Assembly (NCBI GenBank): GCA_964598535.1
Contig: CAZRCI010000003.1
Coordinates: 155,741-219,740, forward strand
Length of the DNA: 64,000 nt
Direction: 5' to 3'
Source of the DNA: an uncultured Planctomycetaceae bacterium
GTDB lineage: Bacteria > Planctomycetota > Planctomycetia > Pirellulales > PALSA-1355
Within the stretch, counting starts at the first letter, position 1. Every line of letters begins with the position of its first letter. The translations under genes were made by a program, and so were the position numbers. Shown one piece after another: positions 1 to 9,973 of this stretch. The notes below the pieces were generated by a model. It had not been told where the DNA came from, searched no databases, and worked only from the letters and a program-made list of their open reading frames with translations.

Positions 1-197
1 TCAATCGGCGCCGCGCTCGCAGCGCTCCTTGCCAGCCGCTCGGCGGGTCCACTATGATCGGCGTCTGACCATGTCCGGCAGCGTGACAGGATGTCGCTTT
101 GCACCCGTGCCTTCCTCCTTCTCCGATCGCACCCCGCCTCGCTCCGGTCTCGCATTCCCGCTATCGATAACCCTGAAACCCGCCCGTAAGGATCCGC

Positions 198-1589
<1,392 letters not shown>

Positions 1590-1650
1590 CCCCGCCGGCG
1601 TGACCTCCGCGAACTAGTCACCCGATGTCCGCAACCGGAACTGCAGCCTG

Positions 1651-2736
1651 CTAGATCAGCAGCCCGCGCGCGTCGATCGGCAACTCAACCAGCGTGCCGT
1701 CCTCATCGCGCAGCCAGACCGCGTTTTGCAGATTGATGCAGGGGCATACGTGATTCGGAATCACGGTCACGCGTTCTCCCAGTTGAGGCCCCCGGCCACA
1801 ACCGCGAATATCGACTTGCCCGTGCTCTTCGGTGAGCTTCGTAATCACCGCCTCGGGATACTCGACGATATAACCGTGGCCGCTATCGGGCGCAGGACCA
1901 CAGCGATCGCTCGTGAGCGTCTTGGTGCCGGCATCGATCACGACTTGCCCCGGCACCGCGGTGCTGACGACGGTGCAAACAATCGTGGCGGCACAGTCTT
2001 CTAGACCACAAAAACCGCCACGGACGACGTTCATGTCGTTGTAGATATAAGTGCCGGGCCGGATCTCGGTCAGATCCGGAATCAGATGCGATTGCAACGC
2101 CGTGGGAGTCGAGCCCCCGGACACGATCCGAGCCTCTAGGCCATGCGCGGCCCAAAGTTCCAACGTCGTCGTCAGCTTGCGCGCGACTTCCTCCAGGGCT
2201 GGCCCCTGCTCCGCCGGCGAACATTGGATGTGTCCCGGATAACAGAACAGCCCGTCAAGCCGTAAACCTGGCGAACGATCGACGTGACTGGCTAGCCGGA
2301 GTGTCTCGCCGGACGTTTGCAGACCGGTGCGTCCCATTCCGACATCGAGATCGACGAGAATCCCGATCGTGGTTTTAGCCCGGTTGGCTGCCGTGGCCAG
2401 CCGCTTGGCGCCTTCGAGCGAATCGACCGCCACGCGCAGCGTGATATGCTTCGCCAGATGGGCTAACCTCGTGGTTCGGGCCGGATCGATCGCCGGATAG
2501 GCCACCAAAATATCTTCGCAGACCTCGGACATGACTTCGGCCTCGCCGACCTTGGCGACGGTCAGCCCAACGGCGGCCGCTCCAAGCTGCAGGTCCGCTA
2601 ACTGCAAGGACTTATGCGTCTTGGTATGCGGCCGCAGGTCCAAGTCGTGATGATCGGCATAATCCGCCATCCGATTCAGATTTCGAACGACGGTCGCGCC
2701 GTCAATAATAAGTGCCGGGGTGGCGGGAGGATCCAT
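1651..2736 (-). CDS. D-TA family PLP-dependent enzyme (alanine racemase N-terminal fold, D-serine dehydratase-like C-terminus)
   Basis: 361 aa. N-terminal PHTKTHK lysine context typical of fold-type III PLP enzymes. C-terminal IPNHVCPCINL motif of the D-serine dehydratase-like domain. Confidence 0.75.
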   Translation of the reverse strand: MDPPATPALIIDGATVVRNLNRMADYADHHDLDLRPHTKTHKSLQLADLQLGAAAVGLTVAKVGEAEVMSEVCEDILVAYPAIDPARTTRLAHLAKHITLRVAVDSLEGAKRLATAANRAKTTIGILVDLDVGMGRTGLQTSGETLRLASHVDRSPGLRLDGLFCYPGHIQCSPAEQGPALEEVARKLTTTLELWAAHGLEARIVSGGSTPTALQSHLIPDLTEIRPGTYIYNDMNVVRGGFCGLEDCAATIVCTVVSTAVPGQVVIDAGTKTLTSDRCGPAPDSGHGYIVEYPEAVITKLTEEHGQVDIRGCGRGPQLGERVTVIPNHVCPCINLQNAVWLRDEDGTLVELPIDARGLLI

Positions 2737-2971
2737 GTTTCAGTCGGTCCGGATGGGGGACTCTGCCAATCGATTCGCAAACGATTGTCTAGGTGTAAAC
2801 CCACATGCACGGCAATGCAACCGCCGAAGAATACCTAACCGGCGATCGAATCGGCACGCTTGGCGTTTTTGTCGCCAAAAGGCGGCAGATCTCCACGAGA
2901 TCGAGCAGAATCACTCTAGCAGTTGATCGCCCGGGTAAGATAGTCTGAAGAGAGAGAGGGAGGCCCTACTC

Positions 2972-4057
2972 ATGCTGAAACATGCCCGTGGAATCACCGT
3001 ACTGTTGATGCTGGCCCTGCTGGCCCTTCCGGCGGAGCTCCATCAGGCGCAATCGTCGGCCAACGAAAATGTGGCCCCCGAACGATCCGCGCAACCCATT
3101 GGCCGGATTACGCCGGCCACGAAACGCTCGATTGACCGCGGGACCAGTTGGCTGATTCAGGCGATGCGCATTGACGGCTCCTTGGGTACCGATCGAGGCC
3201 GGCCGCCAGACCTGAGCTGTACAGCCATGTTCGGACTGGTGTTGCTCTCGCAGGGCAACACGGTCCTGGCTGGCCCCAACCGCGACGAATTGCGGCAAGT
3301 GCTCGACGCCGTGCTGGACATGGTCGAGCGTGTAACCGCCAGTTCCTCCCACACGGGAAGCGTCACCCTGGTGCAGCGCAAGATCGGCCGCAATGCCGAT
3401 TTGTTCATCTCGGCCCTGTTTCTCAGCCAACTCCAAGGCGAAGCCGGCTACGCGGAAAAGGACGTCCGACATGCCCTCGAAAAACTGACCCAGGCCGTTT
3501 GCCTGGCACAACAGAAAGATGGCACCTGGGGCGAAGAAAGCTGGGCTCCCGTGCTGGGCACCGTGCTCGGCTGGGAATGCCTGCGGGCCGCAAGCTCCAG
3601 TGGGCTGAAGGTCGACGCGTCGGCAACCGCCGCTGGCGACGCACTGCTTAAACAGTTGAAATCGGCGCCCACGAATGGCGATAACTGGATGTTCGAGTTC
3701 TATAAAAACGCCTCGAGCATTCGCGTGCTGTATTCGATGAACTACCGGCACGACCCCGTTTTTGAATCCAGCGTGGAACGGATCATGAAGATCGCCCGCG
3801 AGGACGATCGGCCGTTCTTTCAGGCCGGCGGTGAAGAATTCCTGGCATTCTATTTGGTAACGGAATGCCTGCTCCAAGAACGCAACGAACGATGGCAATC
3901 CTGGTACCCATCGGTGCGCGACAAGATCGTTCGCGTGCAGAATTCCGACGGTAGCTGGACCGGCCATCACTGCATCACGGCCCGCACGTTCTGCACCGCC
4001 GCGGCACTTTTGACGCTCCAAGCGGCCAATCTGTACATGCCCGTGTCGGACCTTTAA
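2972..4057 (+). CDS. secreted prenyltransferase/squalene-oxidase-repeat (alpha/alpha toroid) protein
   Basis: Signal peptide (LLMLALLALPAELHQA). Repeated DGSxG/DGTWG/SDGSWTG motifs characteristic of terpenoid-cyclase/prenyltransferase repeats. Confidence 0.65.
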   Translation: MLKHARGITVLLMLALLALPAELHQAQSSANENVAPERSAQPIGRITPATKRSIDRGTSWLIQAMRIDGSLGTDRGRPPDLSCTAMFGLVLLSQGNTVLAGPNRDELRQVLDAVLDMVERVTASSSHTGSVTLVQRKIGRNADLFISALFLSQLQGEAGYAEKDVRHALEKLTQAVCLAQQKDGTWGEESWAPVLGTVLGWECLRAASSSGLKVDASATAAGDALLKQLKSAPTNGDNWMFEFYKNASSIRVLYSMNYRHDPVFESSVERIMKIAREDDRPFFQAGGEEFLAFYLVTECLLQERNERWQSWYPSVRDKIVRVQNSDGSWTGHHCITARTFCTAAALLTLQAANLYMPVSDL

Positions 4058-4300
4058 TCCTTCCCGATCGCGTTGCAATAGCGCGCCCCTCCCGCTCGCA
4101 GGCGTTTGCTCTCACTCGGAGAGCGTTGGTCCGCGCAAAGGGAGAGGCGGCGCGGACACGACTCCGGCGATAAAGCACGTGCGCAACCCAGCCCCGTTTC
4201 CACGGCAACCTTGCGTAGCAGCAACCGCCCGAACCGCCGGCCTGTCTCGGCCCGCTGGATGCCCGCCGCAAAAACGCTCCGCCTCCAAGAAAAACACTGC

Positions 4301-4328
4301 TTGACAGATCGTGATATTCCGATATGAT
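4301..4328 (+). promoter_or_regulatory. sigma70-like promoter candidate upstream of the ArsR gene, overlapping an ATAT-N4-ATAT motif
   Basis: TTGACA (4301-4306), 16-nt spacer, TATGAT (4323-4328), in an AT-rich patch. AGAGGGA RBS lies ahead of the ATG at 4348. Confidence 0.3.
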
Positions 4329-4347
4329 TGAATGTAAAGAGGGATTC

Positions 4348-4665
4348 ATGGCTACCGCGAAGCTAAAGCTCACAGATCTCGACGCCTTGGGTCAAGCGGC
4401 CGAATGCCTGCGTGCGCTCGCCCATCCGCATCGCCTGCGCATGGTGCAAATGCTCTTGCAGGGGGATTACACCGTTGGCGAGCTGGCCGAGGCTTGCGAT
4501 CTGCCCAGCGCAATGGCTTCGGAGCACTTACGGCTGATGCAGCGCTGCGGTTTCCTGGCCAGCGAGAAAGATGGCCGCAGGGTTTATTATCGCGTGGTCG
4601 AACCCCATTTGAAAAACATTCTGCGATGCGTCGAAGAACGCTTCGGTGTGAGCGCTACCCGGTGA
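4348..4665 (+). CDS. ArsR/SmtB family transcriptional regulator (YgaV/BigR/SqrR-like candidate persulfide sensor)
   Basis: LRALAHPHRLRMVQML plus wHTH TVGELAEACDLPSAMASEHLRLM. Cys residues near the N-terminal helix and in the C-terminal helix. Followed by a rhodanese gene. Start moved to 4348, which has an RBS, from the track start at 4324. Confidence 0.8.
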   Translation: MATAKLKLTDLDALGQAAECLRALAHPHRLRMVQMLLQGDYTVGELAEACDLPSAMASEHLRLMQRCGFLASEKDGRRVYYRVVEPHLKNILRCVEERFGVSATR

Positions 4666-4697
4666 ACCGCGCTTCCCGTGTCTTTTTTTGAATCAAC

Positions 4698-4719
4698 ATA
4701 TCGAATAATTCCGAGATAT
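4698..4719. promoter_or_regulatory. imperfect AT-rich palindrome ATATC-N12-GATAT (central AATT), candidate ArsR-type operator
   Basis: atatcgaataattccgagatat lies 50 bp upstream of the rhodanese start. Shares the ATTCCGA(N)ATAT core with 4314-4325 upstream of the ArsR gene. Confidence 0.3.
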
Positions 4720-4769
4720 CGACAATTACAACCGTAATCAATTTCCCTATTTGCGCGGAGAACGTCCCC

Positions 4770-5345
4770 ATGTCCATCACGACCATTGCCCCCCGCCAAC
4801 TCCACGATCAACTCGCCGCGGGCGAGCCGCTCGACCTCATCGACGTTCGTACGCCGGCCGAGTTCCGTGAAGCGCACGCCAGCATCGCACGCAACGTACC
4901 GCTCACCGAATTGGAACCCGCGCAATTCGCCGGCCGCGATGCGGCCCTCCCGCTGTATGTCATGTGCCGCTCGGGAAGCCGGGCCAACCAAGCCTGCCAA
5001 AAACTGCATGCCGCGGGCGTTGCCAACGTCGTCAACGTCGAGGGCGGCATACAAGCCTGGGAACACGCTGGACTGCCGGTCATTCGTGGCCAGAAAACGA
5101 TCTCGCTCGAACGGCAAGTCCGCATCGTGGCCGGCGCCCTGGTCGTGGCTGGTGCCGTCCTGGCGATCGCCGTGCATCCTCTGTGGGCCGCGCTGGCGGC
5201 GTTCGTTGGCGCCGGGCTGATGTTTGCCGGCCTGACGGATACCTGCGGCATGGCGATGTTGCTCGCCCGGATGCCGTGGAATCAGATTCCCAAGGCGTGC
5301 TCGGCGTCGTCCGCGCCAAGCAAAGCGCCGCGATGCTGCGGCTAA
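4770..5345 (+). CDS. rhodanese-domain sulfurtransferase with C-terminal DUF2892-like membrane anchor (YgaP-like)
   Basis: Rhodanese fold with active-site loop YVMCRSGSRANQA. C-terminal two hydrophobic helices (VAGALVVAGAVLAIAV..., AAFVGAGLMFAGLTDTCGMA). Confidence 0.8.
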   Translation: MSITTIAPRQLHDQLAAGEPLDLIDVRTPAEFREAHASIARNVPLTELEPAQFAGRDAALPLYVMCRSGSRANQACQKLHAAGVANVVNVEGGIQAWEHAGLPVIRGQKTISLERQVRIVAGALVVAGAVLAIAVHPLWAALAAFVGAGLMFAGLTDTCGMAMLLARMPWNQIPKACSASSAPSKAPRCCG

Positions 5346-5418
5346 GGCCCCGGCATTTCCTCCCTTGCTGTACTACCCGACTCGAACCAACTCGAACAAG
5401 CCCGAAACAGGTGCCGCC

Positions 5419-6840
5419 GTGTTACTCAAATACTTCTACGACAAGCAGCTCGCTCATGCCTCGTATCTCGTAGGATGCCACAAGAGCGGCGAGGCGCTCG
5501 TGATCGATCCTGGCCGCGATGTCAAACCCTATCTCGAAGCCGCCGCGGCCGAGGGAATGCGCATTGTCGGTGCCGCGGAAACGCACATTCATGCCGATTT
5601 CGTCTCCGGCTCGCGTGAGCTGGCGGACCGGGTCGGCGCGGTGCTCTATCTCTCCGACGAGGGCCCGGCCGACTGGAAATACCAATTCACCGATCGGCAC
5701 GACGTGCGGCTCGTGCGGCACGGCGACGAGTTTCGCGTCGGCAACGTAAAACTCGAAGTCGTACACACGCCCGGCCATACTCCCGAACACATTTCCTTTC
5801 TGCTCACCGACGAGGGCGGCGGCGCCACCGCCCCCCTGGGAATCTTCACCGGCGACTTTGTGTTCGTCGGATCGATTGGCCGTCCCGACCTTCTGGAAAC
5901 CGCGGCCGGCGTCGTGGGCAGCGCCGAGAAAGGCGCGCGGCAGCTCTTCCACTCGATGCGCAAGTTTCGCGAGTTGCCCGACCATTTACAGGTTTGGCCC
6001 GCGCATGGCGCCGGCAGCGCGTGCGGCAAAGGTCTGGGCGCCATCCCCTCCACCACCGTGGGCTACGAAAAGCGATTCAACCCGGCCTTGCAGTACGACG
6101 ACGAGCAAGCGTTCGTCGACTACATCCTGGCCAATCAGCCCGAGACGCCGTTCTACTTCGCGGTCATGAAACGCGTGAACAAGGAAGGGCCGGCGCTGCT
6201 GCGCGAGTTGCCGGCCGTAAATCGGCAAACCCCGCAACAAGTGACCGGCGTTGCCCGGCAACATCTGGTGATTGATACCGCGCCCGGCTCGGAATTCGCC
6301 GCCGGGCACGTGCCGGCAACGTTGAACGTTCCCGCCGCGTCGCTCGTGCAGTGGTCCGGCTTCCTGGTCGACTATACACAGCCGCTCTACCTGCTCACGC
6401 CCGCTGCGGAGCTCGCTGCGAATCTGCGCGGGCTGCGTTCGATCGGCATCGACGACATCGCCGGCTATTTCGACGCCGAACAAGTTCGCGAGCTCCGGCT
6501 GCGCACGGAGGCCTATGGCATGGAAACTCCGGCCGAGCTGCGCGAGGCGATTACGAGCGGCAGCCTGCAACTGCTCGATGTCCGTGCGGCGACGGAATTC
6601 AACGCCGAGCATATCGAAGGCGCCAAGCACCGCTTTCTAGGCACGTTGCCGCGTTCGCTCGATAGGCTCGCTTGCGATCGCCCCGTGGTGGTGCAATGCA
6701 AGGCCGGTGGCCGTTCGCCGATCGCCGCCAGCTTGCTCCAACGGGCGGGATTCAACGTGCTCGACATGCAAGGCGGCCTGGATGCCTGGAAGCGAGCAGG
6801 CTTGCCGGTGGTTCAAGCCCTCACGGTCGCCGCCGTATGA
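5419..6840 (+). CDS. MBL-fold persulfide dioxygenase-like enzyme fused to rhodanese domains (Blh/CstB-like)
   Basis: Metal motif ETHIHADFVSG, HTPGHTPEH. C-terminal rhodanese with VVVQCKAGGRSPIAA active-site loop. The track start (TTG 5365) is uncertain. GTG 5419 gives the conserved N-terminus LLKYFYDKQLAHASY. Confidence 0.8.
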   Translation: MLLKYFYDKQLAHASYLVGCHKSGEALVIDPGRDVKPYLEAAAAEGMRIVGAAETHIHADFVSGSRELADRVGAVLYLSDEGPADWKYQFTDRHDVRLVRHGDEFRVGNVKLEVVHTPGHTPEHISFLLTDEGGGATAPLGIFTGDFVFVGSIGRPDLLETAAGVVGSAEKGARQLFHSMRKFRELPDHLQVWPAHGAGSACGKGLGAIPSTTVGYEKRFNPALQYDDEQAFVDYILANQPETPFYFAVMKRVNKEGPALLRELPAVNRQTPQQVTGVARQHLVIDTAPGSEFAAGHVPATLNVPAASLVQWSGFLVDYTQPLYLLTPAAELAANLRGLRSIGIDDIAGYFDAEQVRELRLRTEAYGMETPAELREAITSGSLQLLDVRAATEFNAEHIEGAKHRFLGTLPRSLDRLACDRPVVVQCKAGGRSPIAASLLQRAGFNVLDMQGGLDAWKRAGLPVVQALTVAAV

Positions 6841-7703
6841 CGTGGCATTTGGCCGATGCAAATCAAAGCGCAAGCATGATGAACGAAGCGATCTCACTTC
6901 TGTCGCTCGCGCTGGCCAGCGGCGCCGTCGTCGGTCTATCGCTCGGATTGACCGGCGGCGGCGGCGCGATTTTTGCCGTGCCGCTGCTGGTGTACGGCCT
7001 GCGCGTGCCCGCGCCGCAGGCGGTGGGCATCTCGCTCGCGGCGGTCGGAGCCACGTCGCTCGCCGGCTTCTTGCACCGCTGGCGGTTGGGAGAAGTCGAA
7101 GTGCAAACCGGCCTGATCTTTGCCGTCGCCGGCATGCTTGGCGCGCCGCTGGGAAGCTGGCTCTCCAGACGGATGCCGCCCTCGCTGTTGCTGCTGGCGT
7201 TTGCCGGGATGATGCTGTATGTCGCCGCGCGGATGTGGCGTTCTCCGGCGAGTAATGTGGCACCCACGGATTGCAATCCCCGTCGCGCGGCCGCCTGCCA
7301 GCGTACCAGCGACGGCCGGCTCACGATCACGTCACGCTGTGCGTGGCTCTTGGCCGGCGTCGGGTTTGCGACGGGCGTTCTTTCCGGGCTGTTCGGCGTG
7401 GGCGGCGGCTTTGCAATCGTGCCAGCGCTCGTGCTGTTCAGCGGTATGTCGATGCACCATGCGGTCGGCACCTCGCTCTTGGTCATTGCGCTGGTCAGCG
7501 TGTCGGGCGTAGCGGCCCATCTTACCTCGGGCCACGCCATCGATCCGCTGACAACCGCGTTGTTTGCCGGGGGTGGCGTAGGCGGGTTGTTTGCCGGCCA
7601 GAGGCTTGGCCGCTGTCTGCCGGCACGCACGCTTGCCCGAACCTTCGCCATCGCGATGGTAGCCGTCGCAGTTTATGTCATCCTGAGAAATCTCTACTTC
7701 TGA
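6837..7703 (+). CDS. TauE/SafE family sulfite/anion exporter
   Basis: Polytopic membrane protein with duplicated GxGGG motifs (GLTGGGGAIFAVPLL, GLFGVGGGFAIVPAL). ATG 6837 overlaps the upstream TGA (ATGA coupling). Confidence 0.8.
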   Translation: MTWHLADANQSASMMNEAISLLSLALASGAVVGLSLGLTGGGGAIFAVPLLVYGLRVPAPQAVGISLAAVGATSLAGFLHRWRLGEVEVQTGLIFAVAGMLGAPLGSWLSRRMPPSLLLLAFAGMMLYVAARMWRSPASNVAPTDCNPRRAAACQRTSDGRLTITSRCAWLLAGVGFATGVLSGLFGVGGGFAIVPALVLFSGMSMHHAVGTSLLVIALVSVSGVAAHLTSGHAIDPLTTALFAGGGVGGLFAGQRLGRCLPARTLARTFAIAMVAVAVYVILRNLYF

Positions 7704-7739
7704 GCTCACCTTCTTTTCTCCACCGAACGAGATTGCCCC

Positions 7740-8209
7740 ATGCCCACCATCCATCATCAAATCGCAATCGTTGGCGGCGGCACGGCCGGCATCACGGTTG
7801 CCGCGCGGCTGGCGAAAGGCCGGCGCAAACGGCTCGATATCGCCGTGCTCGAACCTTCCGACAAGCACTACTACCAACCTTTCTGGACCTTGGTCGGAGC
7901 GGGCATCGCTTCCAAAACCTGCCGACGCCGAAAACCGGAGCGGCAATTCGCAAGCAAGCGCCGGTGCTGGTACGTAACCTGCACGTCGCGCTCGACGGCA
8001 AGGTTCCGGACGCTTACTACGATGGATACACCTCGTGCCCGGTCGTCACCGGATACGGTAAACTGGTTCTGGCCGAATTCGACTACGAGAAGCAGCCCCG
8101 AGAGACGTTTCCGATCGATCAATCGCGCGAGCGCTGGAGCATGTGGCTGCTCAAGCGATACCTGCTGCCGCTTTTGTATTGGCACGGCATGCTCAAGGGC
8201 CGAGCCTGA
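7740..8209 (+). pseudogene. sqr: sulfide:quinone oxidoreductase (type II SQR) remnant with large internal deletion and frameshift
   Basis: N-terminal about 58 codons ([17 protein letters not shown]...[13 protein letters not shown]) in one frame. C-terminal about 100 codons ([14 protein letters not shown]...[61 protein letters not shown]) in another frame. Junction near 7908-7914. 470 bp total against roughly 1.2-1.3 kb expected. Confidence 0.75.
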
Positions 8210-8253
8210 ATCGCATCTCCCAACTTTCAACCAGTCCCGATACGGTAAACACC

Positions 8254-8973
8254 ATGACGCATCGTTCTTGCGGTAATTCGATCGCTTTGCTCCTGACATG
8301 GACCTTCCTGCTGCCCCCGGTGCATGCCCAAGTGGCGAGCGTCAAACCAGGCATCAACGATGCCTTTCGCAATCCCCTTGCCCAGGAGTTCGTCGAGCGA
8401 TTCGAAGTCGAAAGCCGCGAGGTGTATGCTCAGCGCAACGAGATCGTCGCCGCCTGCGGCCTCAAGCCCGGCCAGACCGTGGCCGACGTGGGCGCCGGCA
8501 CCGGCCTTTTCACACGGCTCTTTGCGCAGGCGGTCGGTCCCGGCGGACGCGTCTTGGCCGTCGACATCGCGCAAAACTTTTTGGACCACATTGCCAAATT
8601 GGCCGACGACGAAGGCATGAAGAACATCGAAACGGTGCTCGCCGGCGCCGAGACGACCAACCTTGTGCCTGCGTCGGTCGATTTCGCTTTCATCTGCGAC
8701 ACGTACCACCACTTCGAATTTCCTCAAAAGACGCTGGCCTCGCTTCATAAGGCGATCAAGCCGGGGGGACGCCTCGTGCTCATCGACTTTCGACGCGAGC
8801 CGGGCAAAAGCTCCGATTGGGTTTTGGAGCATGTCCGCGCGGGCCAGCAGGTATTCGAGGCCGAGATCATCGCCGCCGGCTTCCGCAAAGTGGCCGAGAA
8901 GCCCGACCTGCTCGAAGAAAACTACTTCGTGGTCTTCGAGCGTCCAGAGGCGTCCTCGACAATGGCTCGCTAG
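8254..8973 (+). CDS. class I SAM-dependent methyltransferase with signal peptide
   Basis: Motif [13 protein letters not shown]. Signal-like N-terminus [16 protein letters not shown]. Start at ATG 8254 inside the longer track ORF. Confidence 0.8.
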   Translation: MTHRSCGNSIALLLTWTFLLPPVHAQVASVKPGINDAFRNPLAQEFVERFEVESREVYAQRNEIVAACGLKPGQTVADVGAGTGLFTRLFAQAVGPGGRVLAVDIAQNFLDHIAKLADDEGMKNIETVLAGAETTNLVPASVDFAFICDTYHHFEFPQKTLASLHKAIKPGGRLVLIDFRREPGKSSDWVLEHVRAGQQVFEAEIIAAGFRKVAEKPDLLEENYFVVFERPEASSTMAR

Positions 8974-9072
8974 CGCGGCCCGCCCATTCTCTGCACGGTG
9001 GATTTCGCGGTTTGGCGGTTTGTGGCAGGCAAATCAACTTGACCTTGGCCCCCAGCACTGGCACAATATCCT

Positions 9073-9094
9073 GGTAAGTAAACACTTACTTACC
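9073..9094. promoter_or_regulatory. perfect 9-4-9 inverted repeat, candidate TetR operator
   Basis: GGTAAGTAA-ACAC-TTACTTACC, AT-rich, ending 19 bp upstream of the TetR start codon. Confidence 0.45.
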
Positions 9095-9112
9095 AACTTC
9101 TGTGGCTTTCCC

Positions 9113-9847
9113 ATGGCGGCGTCCAATTCCAATCCCTCGCGTCGCATGTCGGCCGACGAACGCAAGCGGGATATTCTGCGCGCGGCCGCGCCGATCATTG
9201 CCCAAGGAGGCTTGCACGGCGTATCGGTTCGCGACATTGCCGATGCCGCCGGCGTTTCCGAGGCGCTTCTGTATAAGCATTTCCCTAGCAAGCAAGCGCT
9301 CTATGACGAAGCGCTCACGGCCGCTCGCGACTTCTCCAACTTCACCATCGCGCGATTTGCCACGCTCGAGCCGGGAACAAAATCGTTCGTGCTGCTCACC
9401 TACGCGACGATCGAATTCACGCTGTTTGGTTTTCCTGGCCGCCAAGACCACGAACAAGGCGCTGCCCGGCTTGTGCTTCAAAGTTTGCTCGCCGACGGGC
9501 AGCACGCGCGTACGATTCTGACCGACACGGCCGCCAGTTGGATGAACTATGTCACCGCGAGCTACGAGGCCGCGGTCGCCGCCGGCGACATCGCGCCGCT
9601 AGCGGTGGAACCCGCCGTGCGGTTTCGCTTCGTGCAACAGCTCGGCATGGCGCTGCGGCTGAGCCACTTGCCCGAGCGGCCAGCATTTGCCTATCGCGGC
9701 ACGACGCGCGAGCTGGCCGATCAGGCCGTGCTGTTCTCCTTGCGCGCCGTTGGCCTGACCGACGAAGCCATCGCCACACACTACGACGCTACCACGCTGC
9801 GCAATCAGCTTGCCGCGTTGTTTCCCCCACCCTCAGCGGCGGGTTGA
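9113..9847 (+). CDS. TetR/AcrR family transcriptional regulator
   Basis: N-terminal HTH RKRDILRAAAPIIAQGGLHGVSVRDIADAAGVSEALLYKHFPSKQALY. ATG 9113 lies within the long track ORF 8663-9847. Confidence 0.85.
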   Translation: MAASNSNPSRRMSADERKRDILRAAAPIIAQGGLHGVSVRDIADAAGVSEALLYKHFPSKQALYDEALTAARDFSNFTIARFATLEPGTKSFVLLTYATIEFTLFGFPGRQDHEQGAARLVLQSLLADGQHARTILTDTAASWMNYVTASYEAAVAAGDIAPLAVEPAVRFRFVQQLGMALRLSHLPERPAFAYRGTTRELADQAVLFSLRAVGLTDEAIATHYDATTLRNQLAALFPPPSAAG

Positions 9848-9973
9848 AACGCAACATGAAACGACCCTGGAAATCTGCGTGCCCAAAACTGGGTTACCTC
9901 GATTCACTCACCAGCGGCCGCCACCAGAATGTCACGGCCTCTTGGCGCCATCTTCAATAAGGAGATTCGCACG

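Noticed and set aside
2966-4078. 370-aa minus-strand ORF antisense to the 2972-4057 gene
   Set aside because: The translation is Arg/Gly/Ala-rich with no motifs. The plus-strand frame has a signal peptide and prenyltransferase-type repeats. This is a typical shadow ORF of high-GC DNA.
4666-4690. T7 run after the ArsR stop as an intrinsic terminator
   Set aside because: The preceding stem is weak (5 bp, agcgc/gcgct, 13-nt loop) and lies 9 nt from the T-run. The downstream rhodanese gene is likely co-regulated. There is not enough support.
7271-8209. 312-aa plus-strand ORF spanning TauE and the SQR region
   Set aside because: Only its last 100 or so codons, the SQR C-terminus, look like real protein. 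The first 200 or so codons are an Arg-rich alternative frame of the TauE gene. It is treated as part of the sqr pseudogene, not as a gene.
8663-9112. 5' extension of the long ORF 8663-9847
   Set aside because: It overlaps the methyltransferase gene out of frame and is Ser/Arg-rich. The TetR HTH begins right after ATG 9113, which also has the operator-like palindrome in front of it.
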